A stretch of 64,000 nucleotides of DNA, taken from positions 124,001-188,000 of the forward strand of contig CAJFCJ010000017.1 of NCBI GenBank assembly GCA_904063045.1, given 5' to 3'. The notes beneath the pieces were generated by a model. That model saw only the letters and a program-made list of their open reading frames with translations, searched no databases and had not been told where the DNA came from. Positions 24,955 through 39,714 of this stretch are shown one piece after another (position 1 is the first letter of the stretch; each line of letters begins with the position of its first letter). Source of the DNA: Dimorphilus gyrociliatus. Lineage: Eukaryota; Animalia; Annelida. Both the position numbers and the translations under genes were made by a program.

Positions 24955-27900
24955 ATGTCGTTATATTACGACGTTGTGGATTTATCCTACATAACTGAAG
25001 AGGAACGTGATATAATCTTATCTGTAATCAGCCGAGATGAGATTTTAAGAGAGGCCGATTATAAACGCGTAAGGTATTGATCTAGTTGATTTTACTTAGT
25101 AATTTTATAATCAAGTCTTTCCTGTATAAAACAAATTCAATTATTCAACAGTTTTTCTTTTTCTTTATTATATAGTTTATTTTATTTATAAACATATCAA
25201 CAAATCCCCTTTTATATATATAGTATACATAAACGTATGTTTGTCCGTTCAAGTGTAAATTAACCTGTATATATATTGTCTAGAAATTACGCTGTTTAAC
25301 TAAAATAACTACCTTTTAGCAATCTCTTTGAAACATTCAATATATACTAATATATATATTGTATGTATTATAGTTTCTTTTATATGTTTTTCTCTCTATC
25401 CTTACCTCCCTCCCTCCCTCCCTCCCTCCCTCCCTCCCTCCCTCCCTCACTCACTCACTCATTCTCTCTCTCTCTTGCTGCTATATATATATATATAAAA
25501 ACAGGTTTTTCGCTCTTTTACTTTTTTTTTCTTCTGTGCACCATAAAATATACACAAAATAGGCCTATTAAGAGATTCTTGTCAAAAAAGAGAAAACCTA
25601 TTCAATTGAAATATGTTTTGTTATGTAGGAGTCATTTAACCGGTTTCTTTTTTTGACGATATTAAAAATTGAACTGAAAGCTCTTCCTGAACATTTCTAT
25701 ATATATATCTTTTTTAACACTCTTCTTTGTATTATTTATATAGAAAACTTGAATCTGAAGAAAGAATTTCGGAATCAAGAAAAAAAGAAAAAACTACACA
25801 GAATGTAAGTAAAAAAAAATGATAAGAATTATAGTTTTGGTTAGGAGAATGAAAAGAAAACCGAAAACTTGTATTTCTCTTTCTTTATAATTCTATATCA
25901 AATAGAAATATAAATAGTCCTTGATTTACATATTGATAAAAAAAAAAGAGTTGGAAAGAAAAAAAAATAGATACTGTATAGGCCTATTAATGTATACATA
26001 ATAGTGTATATATATATATATTTATATGGGTTTGAAACCATGTTTACGCCTAAAAAGTTATATATGTATGGTTAGAGATTGAGTTATTTCTCGCAGGTAT
26101 TTATTCCATAATGATTTAGGTAAAAAATAGTATTTTATTTTTACCCGTTTACTCAATCCCATGGACAATTGGAATTGGTTGTACAACATACTGTATTACC
26201 TGGTTTCGTTATACATTTACAAAATATCTTTATGATAAAATATTTAAGTTCTCTAGTGCTTAATTTACATTAAACACACAAGAGTCTAGTGTATAAAGTT
26301 TCATTGACAATCGCTTATTCAGCTTATTTTTTTTATACATATACTTGTATAATTTATATTAAATGGGAAATATTTAACCTTATCAGATAAACTTTATCTA
26401 TAAGAATTCTTTCCTCTTATTAATGATTTAATTTGATTCTTTCTTATCTTGTATTATCAACTGATTTAGCTTTCTTTTTTTTCTTTCTGTGTTGTCCCCT
26501 TCCTCTTGTCTGTATAGGTGGGAAGTCGGGCTTGTCAGAAATGCGAAGAGACTCTAGGAGTGTTACTTAATCGGGGTGAAAACTGTCCAGTATGCAGTTG
26601 TCTTGTATGCAATTTTTGTCGTGAAAGGGTTTCAATTAAGGGAAAATATAAATGGATTTGTCGGCAATGCTATAAACAACGGTTTGTATGATTGTTTTAT
26701 TGTTCAATACAATTATATATCTATTTCCTCTTCTATTTAAATTAATAGGCAATTTGATGCAAAATCTGGAAGATGGTTCTACTCCAAACTTGTCACAGTA
26801 CCTGTCAATCCCAAGACAAATAAACCGGTTTCGGGTAGTGAGATAGTTAAAACTTTATTGAACAAGTCTGAAGCAGAGAAACTGGAGGGAAATCATCAAA
26901 TGAATGGTATGTGACAATTAGTTTCATTTTTACTCTCCAAAAGATGGCGCTATAGGTGAAAATGCGTGCGTTAGACGAAGAAAAGCGACAGATAAATAGA
27001 TAGAAAGAATGAGGGAGGGAGAGAGAGAGAGAGAGAGTGAGTGGATGACATAGAAAAAAAAAACAAAGAAGCAATGACTGTGAAGGCAGACACAGAATTT
27101 ATAAAAATACCATTATGAAATTAGTTTACCTATAAATGATTTCGGGCCTTTTATGTTGTATTTCATGATGATAAATGATGGTATAAAATTAGTATATAAT
27201 TTCCCTGGAAATGAATAGTAGCGGTACAGTGTATAGTGTCATCTAATTTTGTATTCCCGTCAATAAGGAGTCTGCATTGACCCTTAAAATTAAAAAACCC
27301 ATTTTTATCTCTATAATATATATAAGAGATTTATTTTTAGAAATTCTCCAACCTTAAAAGTTAATAATACTACTAAAAATGATGGGAGGGGGATGGGAAA
27401 TTATACCTTTTTTTAACTAATTCGTCTCTCTCTCTCTCTCTATCTGCATAACGGAGACAGTGTTCTCCATTTCACCTTGAAGTTGAAAAGTTTTACTTAT
27501 TTGTTGATTTTCAAATTTTGGGCGGACAGTAAAATTAGCTAAGTAGATTTATTTATATATGTATTTAACTGAAAAGTAAAGTATCAAGTAATTATAGAGG
27601 ATTTATCACTTTATCCTACTTTTATGATATTTGGCGGATAAGTGGATATACTGTATATACAGTATATAGATATATATATATATGTATCTCTATATATTTA
27701 GTTTTTGTCATCCTTATCTAAAGGTTATTTATTTTTAAAATTTCCCAAGTTTAATAAGGAAATCGATAAAATAGAAAAAGGTTTATAAATTCAGGAAATA
27801 CTCTCACTTCCAAATGCTTGTTTATTAGTTGTTAATTACATAAAAAACCAATCAATACGTTTTATACTATTTCCTTGTAAAAATATTGATGAAAACTATA

Positions 27901-30900
27901 AAAAACAATAAAAGAAATCATAGATTTAAACTAAAAAAGAACATATGAAAAATTGTTACTGTTTCTTTTTTCTATTCTTTATTCTTTGTTTTAAGTGTTT
28001 TTTACCGTTTTATACTTTTTTCTCTTTCTCTATATCTATCTACCTTTGACTTTTATTTATTTTTAATATATACAGATAGACTATATTGTACATCCACCTG
28101 CTTATATGCATCCATACATACACATATAGTAAACCACCACTTGCATACAAATACGCTGCACTGATTAGGTGCACCTGGTATATATGAACATAAGACAGAA
28201 ATCAGAGAGTCAGTTTTTCAAGTAGAACAATACAAAAAGCAAAAGTATTAATAAAAGAAAAAAGAACTCGTCAATTTTTAGAACCTTTTCATTATCTTTA
28301 TACAGTATGTATATACAGTATATATACAGTATATACTGTATAAATTTGACCTCTTTACCTTCTTCTTTAGAGAATGAAACATCAAAAAGTTATTTCTATT
28401 CTCTTCTTTTTGGCGTTTACTTTTTGACTAGTTCAATAAATTCACATATTGAATATGTAAATAAATTTACATATGTATTAATTTATTTATTAATGAAAAT
28501 ACTAATTAAAAGGTATCGGAATTGATTATGTAAAAACTGATAGTACTCGGTTCAACGCCAACTAAAGTCACTTTTAGTTTTAGTCGTAACGATAAGTGAA
28601 AACCAGTCGCTAGGTGTCAGTACCGGCATAAATAATAGATGACGCGGTGAGAGAGCGTCTTTTTTTTTTCATAAACGTCGTCGTCGCTATGCTGGAAAGG
28701 TTTCGTCATGTAGTTGGTGAAGTTTTGGAAGCTCAAAAGCAAGGTTTTTAAATAGATAGCATATTTTTTCATCTGTTATTCTTTTAATACTTTAGTTGAA
28801 TGTAACAAGTTTGTATACAAACAAAATTTACTAGTATATTCGTATAGGCGGATATTATGCTTTGGATCGATATTCTTGAGATTGATCTGTAAAGCCTATA
28901 TGGCTTTATTCCAGACGTTTGTAAATCGTTTGTTTGTTTACCATTCACTTCTTACTCTATTCGACTGTTCATCGATCAAAAATAATTTCCAAAGCCTTAT
29001 TGCTTATGAGAAAAATATATTCAAGAGTCGCTACTTCACTCAGGTAATTGGAAAGTTGACCTTGAGAGAAGTCACTTTGCCGAATTAGACGAGCAATCAC
29101 CAATTAATGACTATATGAAACATGTGTAAAAATTCCGCGAAACGTATGTCTCTTAATTGAAATTCTTAGCAGTATACTTGCATAATTCTAGTTTCATTTC
29201 TCGATATTATCAACTATATTAGATTTATAAATAATGTAAACAATTAGAATTGTTATCCATAATTGAGTAATAAACTTTTACAATTGTAATAATTAGGTAA
29301 TAAAAAAATGTTCTAAATTAATCTTTTACTTTTCAATTCTCTTCCTCTTCGTCTCTGTCCGTCTGTCTGTCTTCTCTCTCTCTGCTCTCTACAAAAAATA
29401 GGTAATCTTTACCTTAGTAATTAATGACTTAATTAGTAGGTATTGTTATTATTCAGTGACGATTCAATTAGCGTTTCTCTGTCTGAATAGATTTCAGAGG
29501 TTATCCGATGATATTATGATATTTACATGGACACATTTTAGACATAGAAACATCTAGGACTCTTATATTTTGTTACTCATTAACTAATAAACCAAATTAT
29601 GTATTATTAATTACTTTCAACCTAAAAGCCGAGGTTAGGAATGCTTAATACTTAATACTTGAAAAGGAATGCTTCTACTTTCATCTATCGAATATTTTAC
29701 TTCTTTTCTACTATTTTTTCTTTCTTTCTTTTCTCTTATACATTAAATATGACATTGTTAAAACCCTTTGGTTTAATTAGCAAACGTTTCTAAGCTAATG
29801 GTCGTTTTTAGATGCTTAACGGAAATAGTAAAAATAAAAAAAGAGATTTTTCCTCTTTCAATTGATTGAACGAAGCGGTGAATGAACGATAAGCAATAAA
29901 GAGTAAGAATACCTAAGAAAATATCTCTCCTCCTTATCCTTTCCTATTCTATTTCCCTATTTTAAAGATAATAGATTTAGGTGGATTATTTTTATTAGTA
30001 TAAAAAAATTGTTATCTTCTTAATTAAATAAGACGTCAAAAAAGACTGCAATGAATATGAATAGGCTTTTTAAAACTAATTAGCGGCCTCTTCTGGCATA
30101 ATATAATTCGCGTTTCCTTAGATATCTTACCCAGTTTTGTACTCTATTATCAACTACGGGCGCTTTTCTAGGCCTAGTTTATTGATAATTAAAGGGAAAG
30201 AGAGAGAGAGAGAGAGAGAGAATTGATCATTACTCTACTGACTATATCTGGAAAAGGGGAAACGCTATCCAGGGTCTTTTTCTCAGGGATGAATTTATCG
30301 AATCTTGTCGAGAGAGGTAGGAGAGAAAATTTATTCCCTCAGAAAAGTTCGTATTCAGAGAAAGTATTATAGCAATTAGATAAAAGAAAGGTAATTAGTT
30401 GTGTGAAAGGGAAAAAAAAGCAAAATAAAGAACGAATCGCCTCTAGAAATTTATTTCACTTTGTTTCATTCTTCAAAGGGAGGAAACCTCTATATCTAAA
30501 CAGATTTCAATTTTTATACCCTGATGTATAGGTTTTCTCTCTCTCTCTCTTTCTTTCTTTTTATCACCTTGTTAAAATGGAAATTGATCACATGACCTAT
30601 CTATTTAAATTTTATTGAATAAGATATTGATTAGAGGAATTCTTGAAAAACTCAACAGTAACAATATTTTGACAAGCAACTTTTGAATAAAAAGCAGCTT
30701 TTAAGCTTATTCAAACTGGAAACGTAAAATGTATTGAATTGTTTTTTTTTAACACACCTTTCTAAGCCTATTTAAAGAGGAAAGCAATAATAATAATAAT
30801 AATAACAATAAAGAAAAACAATAATTTCCCTTGCGAATGATCATTAAGATAGAAAATATTTCTAATTAATAATTAATAAGATACATTATAAAATATAATG

Positions 30901-32030
30901 TATCGTTAAACTCTTTGATTAGAACATTTTACTATTTACTAGGCCTACTATTTTATTTGATTCTTCACTTCAAGATATTGTAGGGTATAAAGGATCAACA
31001 ATAATTAACTGTCAGTTACAGCTGACTGTTTTTAATGAAGTTATGTTACAGACGCTGATTAAAGTAATTAACTAGGTTATATTCTGTAAACTTGTTCATT
31101 TTAGTAACGGCGTATATAAGATTTACATTTAGAAGAAAGAGCAAAATAACACAAAACAACAAAGGGAGTAATTTATCGTTTTATCGCTAAAGAAATAAAG
31201 AAAGTGAAGTGAGGAAAAATGTAGAAAGGATACCTTAGAAATATTATCAATCTGTTCATTAATAGACACTGATTCTATTCTAGTCATAAGAGCTAACGCT
31301 TTGGCAAAAGCTCTATGTTTTCTCATCGCATACCCTTTGCCCCTCCCTTCCTCTATTTATCGAACAGCAAAACTAAACGGATATCTAGCTGCATACACGA
31401 ATAGTTAGAGGTAACCAACACAATGTAGAGTCTTAATTAAAATTTAGGTATATCCTAGTAACCATTTTTTCTATTGTAAATATCCAACAGTTGCAAAGTT
31501 AAAATTATTCTATTTCCTCTCTTTTCTCTCTCTTTCTTGTTTTCTCCGTATAGTAGTCTTGTTTTTGGCCCCTTTTTATGGGCTAGATTACCTTTGGCAT
31601 TTCGTATCCTTAACCCAATTTATTTTAACGAATAGTATAGGAATTTTGACATAATTCAATGGTAAGTGACTTGTATAATATTTGCAGTCGAGTCTTCTGC
31701 ATAAGAAATGATTTTTTTCTATATATATTTCGTTATATAATGGACTGCGGTCGATCCGACTTTCTAGAAGAGAAAAGGAAGATAGAACTGGAAAACTTAA
31801 ACATAGACTAACTAGTAGGGAAAGTAAGGTCCATTATTGTAATATAGTTTAGTTGGTAAGGTCGGCTTAATTAAGAGATAAATCGTTCCATTGGATAGAA
31901 AAATAGGTAACTACGAAAGTAATTGTGTCACGCTAGTTTTTTTTTCTTCTTTCTCCATTTATTTTTCCAGATTGCTGGATCCATTCGACAAGTTTCGGTT
32001 CGTAAAGAAGATAAAGTCCTTATAAAATAG

Positions 32031-32070
<40 letters not shown>

Positions 32071-35000
32071 ATAAACACTAACCAGAGTAGACTATATATG
32101 CATTACTTTGCGGAGGAAATGAAGTAAGGGAGTGTAATTTAGGCAGATAAATTTTATCATATAATGTAGCATATGATTGAAATTAGCGGTTATTTTAGGA
32201 ATGATGATGCAGCATCATTATTTAGACTATTAATACGTAATTACTTATAAAAGTATTATATTGTATGATTATTTTTTGTTAATGCCAAGTTATTAAAGAG
32301 AAGGAATTTCTCTTTCCATAATAGAAAAAGTTGTATATATAGAAGAATAGTCAGGATAAGTTGGTATAATGCAAACCGGGATTTATGCTTCTTAAGAAGG
32401 AGCCGCTTTATAAATAAGTTGTAAACGTCAATTTCTTTGTAAATATTGAAGTCGATTGTTCATTTTCTCTTTTTCTTTTTTATTTAAATAATTCAAAATA
32501 TTGCTGTTTTTCGACATTCTCCTTTAAGCTGTTGTGCAGTATTATTGCGGTATAACGTTGCGTATACTTCATATTTGAAGAGATAGCTTTATTAAGTGGA
32601 TCACTTGAATAATCAATTTTTTATATATAAAATATATTATATAATACGCTATCTCTCTCATTTAATGCGTCTATAAAAACGCACGTATTGTGTAATTAGT
32701 AATACTAGCATTATCTTTGTTAGAGAGAGGGAAAGTTTATTAGCTTTTAATCGATTAAAGCTTTCTCTCGAAGGGAAAATATTAGCTACTTGATCTCTAT
32801 CCTTTCATATTAACTACGGAACATCATCAGTTTACGAGCAGTAAGAATCTTTCTTTTAGATTATTTAAGCGAAAAATAAAGCTTTTACATAATTAAAATT
32901 CACTTAAGAAAAAACTGCTCGTTTCTTTAACCATATAAAGAGAAGAAATTCTCTTCTTTCTTTGCACCGAAAAATTAGGAAAGGTAAAAGTGAGAGAGCG
33001 AGAGAGAGAGAGAGAGGGAGAGAGAGAAGCAAAGAGATGAAAAAAGTCAATAAGAGGAAGAGAGAGAGAGAGAGAAGAAAAGAATGAAAAAATAGCCCTT
33101 CCCTTATTAATATATTTTCTTATCTCTCTTCAAAAACTAATTGTTATTAATTTTCATTTTGATTAATATATATTCAATTATGTATCATTTCCTTAAGGAG
33201 AGAGAAAGAGAGATATAAAGATAACCATACTGTATAATATATGTATACAGTACACACACATATATATATATATACATATATATACAGTATATATATATAT
33301 AAATTTATATATTTATATAAACTAAAGAGTCTTTTGATCATTAAATTAAACTATAAATGGTTGCCTTTCAAATGAATCTATATATATATATAGGAAAAAA
33401 ATCTCGTTCCTGTTCACTGCAATTGATAGTTCTATATTTTCTCTTTCTTTCTATCCTCTTCCTTTCTTCTTTGTCGACTTTAGCTCAATTTATCTCATGT
33501 TGATTAGTTGCGTTTCTTAATCAAATATAAAAAGAAAAATCAAAGAAACAAATTACAAAAGAAGCATACGCTATACACAAAGTATGTAAACAATCTTCCT
33601 CCCCTTCGCCCCCTTCATCTACCCTCCAGTCTCCAGTTTTTGTTAGATTAAATAGGTGTATACGTTATATATTTAAAAACATATTACTGTTATAAAAGAG
33701 AAATGTTTCGTGCCTAGAACAATATTGCAGTTTTTTTGCGGATGAGTGAAAGCAAATAAAGCAAAAAGAATTTATGACTTTTGTCATTTATTCAGCTTCA
33801 AAAAAACAATAGAAGAATATAACAGAATTGTTTATTGTAATAAGTTTTCTATTTAGCCAGCTTTTCCTTGCTCCCTCATATACTTTGAATGGAATAACCT
33901 TGATTTAGAGATATTACTTTATAAATCTAACTAATTGTATTAAGCGAAAGAAATTTTATGCGGGTGGCTAAGCAGGAGGAGGAAAGGCGGGGAGGAAAAA
34001 TTAATATGAAAAAGAAAGGGAAAAATTAATGATGGTAAAGAGTATTGGTTGTTTTGTTACCATTTTCTCTCCATTTTAACACCTCTATATAGATATAAAA
34101 AGGTAATACTTGTTACTTGTCGAACCATTATTGCAACAATTGTCCTATAAGTGCAGATAAATGTCTGCTTTTGTACCTGACTAGAAAATTTTATCATTTT
34201 CAATCCAATTCGTATTCTCAGCTTCAGTTAGCTTTGACTTTTCCCCTGAAAGAAAAACCGTGCTTTCTGATTTTGAAGGCCCTCTGACGTCATAATTAGT
34301 ATAGCATCTAATATAAATGGATGTTGGGATAATGAAAAAGGCGGCAAAAGGTTGATAGCATTAGCGCAAGGTTGTTGGTAGACTGTTGTAGTAAGAATGA
34401 AGGAAATATCCCTGATATTTTACTAATTATTTTCATTTTATTGTTTGAAAATAAAGAAATAAGATAAAAAAAAGTGTTTACCCTCCTTAGTTTGCCACAA
34501 GTTTAAAGCATTCCGTTAATAAGAATATTGACATTTTCTTCCAAGATTGGCAACTAATCGGTACAAATAAACAGTTTCTACTTTGAATATATCAACTAAA
34601 ATGATGTTAATTTACCAGTTTTCCCTTTAGGATATACGCATTTTTTCACTGGTATTGTAAATTGTATTTTGACTTTTTCTGTTTCTTTTACTCGGCCATC
34701 CAGTGAGATTTTATTGAGCGGAGAAGGGGGAAAAGGGGATAAACTGTTCTCTCTGTCTCTTAGTACACTGTACATTAGTTAAGTAACATTGATGATTTAT
34801 TCTTATGAATAGAATGGCGATAATATTAGCCATATTAACCAGAGAGATGGAGAAAGTGAAAGAGACAATAAGACAAAAAGGAAAAAGAGACAGTGAAAAG
34901 ACAGTATAATTACATCAGCGGAAAATCTACTTTCACTGTTTAGGTATTGAAAAACAAAATTTTATAAGAAAAAGAAGAAGAAGAAGAAGAAGAAGCAATT

Positions 35001-37454
35001 CTTTTACTTTGGATTTTCCTCTTTTCTTGTATACTGTATATATATATATAAATATATTTACTTTCTAAAAGAAATAGACGGACAAAGAGACCGATATATA
35101 AGATACAATAGCCTCAGGACTATTCCTGTTCTTTACGTAAAGAATCCTAGCTCATACTAAATTTACTTTATTGCTGACAAGCATCTTCTGTTTTTCTCTT
35201 TCTCTTCTCTTGTATACAAACTGCATATATAATATATATACATATATATACAGTATATTAAAATATGATTCAATTACCACTTTCATTAATTTACATAAAT
35301 GATAAAAAAGGCTGTGTCTATTTTATATAACAGACGGAAAAAGTGATAATAGTAGTAGCGTGTCTAATAACTAGGACATTCACATTTTTTTATGTCACTT
35401 TTAACCCGTTCCTTTCTGTACAGCCTCTAATTAATTCATTCTTTTATTTAGTTGGACTGTACATATGAAGAGGTTTTTCACTGCTATACTCAAACAATAT
35501 ATATATATATATCTCTATAAAAAATACACTGTGTACGTTTTGCAGTTTATCTTAAAACAGAATAGCGTTACGCAATATTTCATTGAATAGAAACTATAAA
35601 ACGAAACTATATCTCTGCGTATAAACTAATTTAAAAGCTATCAAAACCGATGCCTCGAGGCGATTGAGCACCTAGAAGAGGTTCTCAAACGCTTCTCTAG
35701 TCTTAGGAGTTTTTATGTTGGCATTCAGAAAATTTTTCGAAATCCTTTTATTTCTATTTCTTTATTTATTTTCAGGAGCCGCTACTGTTACAGACGAATT
35801 GAAACGTGCTTTAGCCACCGTTTCCGGAGGAAATGAGAGCCCTTCACCCCAACCTTCACCGTCTCCCTCCAATAGGTTAAATTCGACAAATGTCGCCTTC
35901 CCGAAAGAGTCTGACAAACAAAAATTAGGCTATCTCTTGCGTACTGCATCAGCTGGATCATCAATTACATCATCAACAGCTGGTGACGAGGAGACTGTGA
36001 CCAGAAGGAAAATTGTTAGAAGGAAATCTAGTACCTCTTCCGAAGAAGATATTTCGGTTGCATCAAGGTCTTCAAAAGGTGAGTTGCCCAACTCGAGGTC
36101 GGGCGTGGCGGCGAGCGTCGGAAGAAAATTACACAAGGTCGAGGATGAGAATAAAAATATAAAATATATTTCTATTGTGGAGGCAGTAAGCAGATTAGGT
36201 AAAAGCTAGGACGTAAGAATATACTACAGGGGTTAAAATTAGAAATTCTAAGTAATTAGAGGATAATTATCCTAGTTTAATGGCCATTTTCTGATTTTTT
36301 TTCTTAAATGACAATAATTAAAAACAAACGAAATTGAAATGTTTTTAGTCCATAAACTTGCTAAAATATCTATTATCCATGGAGGCATCCCTGTTAAAGA
36401 TTATAGGGGACATCAGCCCCGTATATTCTTTCGTTCTTGCCCCAGATTCAAATGTGTCTGAGAAGAAAGTCGATACAAACTTTTCATCTTCGTCAACGCC
36501 ATTAGAAACCGTCTCTGAACCTAACCTCACCCGTAACTATTCGGGTAAGATTTCCACCGAGTTTGCTTGTATTCCAATTATAGAGGACAAAGTTCTTGTT
36601 GTCTTGCCTGGAAGCGATGACGAAGAAACACTAAGTGTTATAGAAGAGGTAACGGAACCCGAAGATCGCTATTCTAGCGATTCATCAACGCCTACAGCAT
36701 CAAAGTATGGCGATGATACATTAAGCGACATAGTTGCAATTAATGAGCGTTTAGATTTAGATAATGATATAGATTTTATATACGAAAACAATAAGCGATT
36801 ACAATATTTAAAGAGGTTAAAGGCCAAAAAAGGCAATAAACAAATTTCGAGGATAGCAGCCGATGTCAGGTCTATAGCATCAACTGATTATATGGCGTCA
36901 TCAGAAGACGAAGCGGTTTCTATAAAAGATGCCGAGGATTTCGATGAATATTTCATGATGATGAGAGGTGAAGATTATACCGGAAAATCAAGAACAGAAC
37001 CGGATAGCAAAGACATTGTAACTCAGCATTATAGAAACCTGGAGAAGATTATGTCAAGCTTTATGGGTGTGGATGAACAAGATGCAACTGATACCGAAGA
37101 AGGTGATTCGCAGTTTAAGCGGGCCTCAGCTGATCTTTAATAATTAATGAAATAATATTTTTATCTTAATTCGACGCTCGCATAACGCCAGATCTATCAG
37201 CTTTAACGCACCCCTATCGCACATGTTTATTTAGATAAAATAACCCTTTAATATCCTTATCATAGTTGTTAACAAATTTCTTCCGCTATTATACGACTAT
37301 TAATGATATGTAAATGCAGTTTGGATGGATAAGTTTCTGTTAAAATGAATGGATTGTCTTAAAGCGAAGCTATACAATATGCATTAATGATATTCAATAA
37401 TTACGTATATCTTAAATATAAAGAATTATTTAAAAGGGGAGAAAGTGAGAGAGA

Positions 37455-37493
<39 letters not shown>

Positions 37494-37970
37494 ACTACTG
37501 ACTCGTCTTTATTGACTATTTCTACAAATGTTGATATTGTACAATTCAGCGTATTTTTTAAATATTTAGAGTCCTGTGTTTTTGTAAATATATATAAATT
37601 GTGCTGAGGCGATTTTTTTAAGTTAAACATAGATATTAATAGTTTATCGGTTTTCTATACAAAACGCCCACAAACTGATCATTACATTATTGTTCGTAGC
37701 ATGAAATTAAGGTATTGAGTGTATATTGTACGGATAGATGAGTTGACAGATTCAAAGGAAAGTAGTTTTATTAGATCACTTATCATATATATGTATTCAC
37801 GTATAAGCTAATAAATAATTAGTATTGTCTTTAATTTATATCTATAATATCTAATAGTAGGTTAATTATAATAACTCTAATATAAAAACAAAAGATTATT
37901 AACCTGATTAAGTAATTTCTATGTTTAAACAGAATGTTGAATTATGTAATATTGTAAAAAAGTGTGAGAA

Positions 37971-38010
<40 letters not shown>

Positions 38011-39714
38011 AGAAAAATTTGTATATCAGTGAACGCAGGCAGGCGAAAAAGTGGGAATATGTTGAGAAATTAATAAGTCTATACTACATGAAAATTTCTC
38101 TTCTGCACGGAATTTTAATGCGCTTCTCTTCTCTTTTTTTTCACACAGATTCCTTTCAAAAGCAGGTCTTGACATATAGTAATCAAGTGCCTTCTGAAAA
38201 ATCTCCAACCTCTATACCCTTAATCCAACTTCAAGAGGAAAATCCTGCAACAAAAACTCCTCCTCCATCGCCAAATTTACGTAATCCGTCTTCAACGCCC
38301 AACTCACCAGCTACGCCCAGACAAATACAAAGAATACATCCTAAAGCGTCTCCGAACCTATTAAATCCATTATCAGGCAGTTCAGAGAGCATAACTTCAT
38401 ACTATAGCGATGTAGGTGATGGCAATTGTAAGAAAGTCTCTACAGTTACTGGTGAAATTCAACTAGCTTTGGAGTATGATGCCAAATCCACTTCATTATT
38501 GGTGCTGATTAGAAAATGTAAAGATTTGGCTCCTGCCGATTTAAAAAAGAATCGAACCGATCCCTATGTTAAAACCTATTTATTACCAGATAGAAGTAGA
38601 GCTGGTAAGCTAAGTTTGTTTTGTTTTTATTCAACAAACGTCTTTAACTGGTATTCATATAGTCTTTACCAGTAACAGTCCATTAATTATATTTTATAGG
38701 ACAATATAAATATATATAGATACAAATACTGTATATCTATCTATCTATATATACAGTATATATATATATATAGAATAGTATTAAAATTTTAACAATCTTA
38801 TCGATTTTTCTTTCATTTTCATTATATAGGCTGAAAGATTAGTAATTTTTCCCTTCTATCTATTTTCAGCCAAACGTAAAACTCATGTTAGAAAATCTAC
38901 CTTTAATCCGAGCTTTGATCAAACTCTTAAATATTGCGGAATCACAAAAGGTGAATTGTCAACTCGGAAATTGGCAGTTACAGTTTGGCATGCCGATTCC
39001 TTTGGTAGAAACACGTTCCTTGGTCAAGTGTTGTTAAATTTAGATGCTGCTTCTCTTGACCAAATGGCAAAGTGGTACAAACTACAGGATAAAGTATATA
39101 CAAAAATTATAATTACTATTGTAAACATGTATAGAAAATCATTATTCCGTTTATTTCTTTTTAATGAACAGACGGCGATTCTAGGACCAAATTCACCGTC
39201 CCTTTTCTACAGAGGTGACCTTAAAGTTGCCCTGAAATTTTTAACAACGGCCAAACAAACTCAAGGAAATGCCAGGGGCGAATTACACGTGGTAGTTAAA
39301 GGCGCCTTTAATCTAATACCCGCTAAATCTAATGGCACATCCGATGCCTTTTGTAAAGCTTATTTATTGCCAAGAGGGCGACATTCTGTTAAACAAAAAA
39401 CTCCAATAGCTAAAGGAACAACGTCCCCTTCGTGGAACCATACGTTTACATTTACCGATATTTGTCTAGAAGACTTGAAGCAAAGAGCTTTAGAATTAAC
39501 AATTTGGCATCACGATAAATTTAGTTCGAATGACTTTCTCGGAGGTGTCAGATTGTCTCTAAGTCATGACGATGTAGAGTACGGTGCTGATTGGATGGAC
39601 GGAAAAGGCGAAGAAGTGATGCTGTGGCAATCGGTAATTGATAGGCCGAATTCATGGATAGACGCTTCAGTAACATTAAGGGATCATATGGACAGCAGGA
39701 AAAAGAAGAATTAA
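24955..39714 (+). CDS. Synaptotagmin-like protein (Slp4/Slp5/bitesize-type Rab27 effector): SHD1, zinc finger, SHD2, linker, C2A, C2B
   Basis: Exons 24955-25073, 25744-25804, 26518-26681, 26749-26906, 35776-36078, 36446-36544 (or to 37102), 38149-38604, 38870-39093 and 39172-39714; all GT-AG and phase-compatible. Motifs: SHD1 DLSYITEEERDIILSVISRDEILREADYKRVRKL; zinc finger CQKC...CPVCSCLVCNFC...WICRQC; SHD2 SGRWFY; C2A GEIQLALEY...DPYVKTYLLPDRSRAAKRKT...WHADSFGRNTFLG; C2B SDAFCKAYLLP...KQKT...WHHDKFSSNDFLGGVRL...GEEVMLWQSVIDRPNSW. The incomplete Ca-ligand Asp sets are typical of Slp4/5. Central exon choice is uncertain. Confidence 0.93.
27647..27666. mobile_element. Paired Tc1/mariner-type footprint motifs (TATACTGTATATACAGTATA)
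   Basis: Perfect 20-bp palindrome made of TA-CTG-TA and TA-CAG-TA in a TA run. The footprint interpretation is inferred. Confidence 0.45.
28299..28342. mobile_element. Cluster of four TACAGTA/TACTGTA footprint-like motifs
   Basis: TATACAGTATGTATATACAGTATATATACAGTATATACTGTATA, read directly. Confidence 0.45.
28689..28743 (+). CDS. Candidate alternative first coding exon of the synaptotagmin-like gene (SHD-less isoform)
   Basis: ATG 28689, MLERFRHVVGEVLEAQKQ, then G|GTTTTT. This phase-1 donor fits acceptor 35776. It lies in a CpG-rich patch with CTCF-like TAGGTGTCAG at 28611-28620. Confidence 0.4.

Noticed and set aside
31129-31326. Minus-strand MRKHRAFAKALALMTRIESVSINEQIDNISK followed by a donor-like AAG|GTATCC inside the synaptotagmin-like intron
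   Set aside because: No convincing downstream exons and no recognisable family; it cannot be supported as a nested gene.
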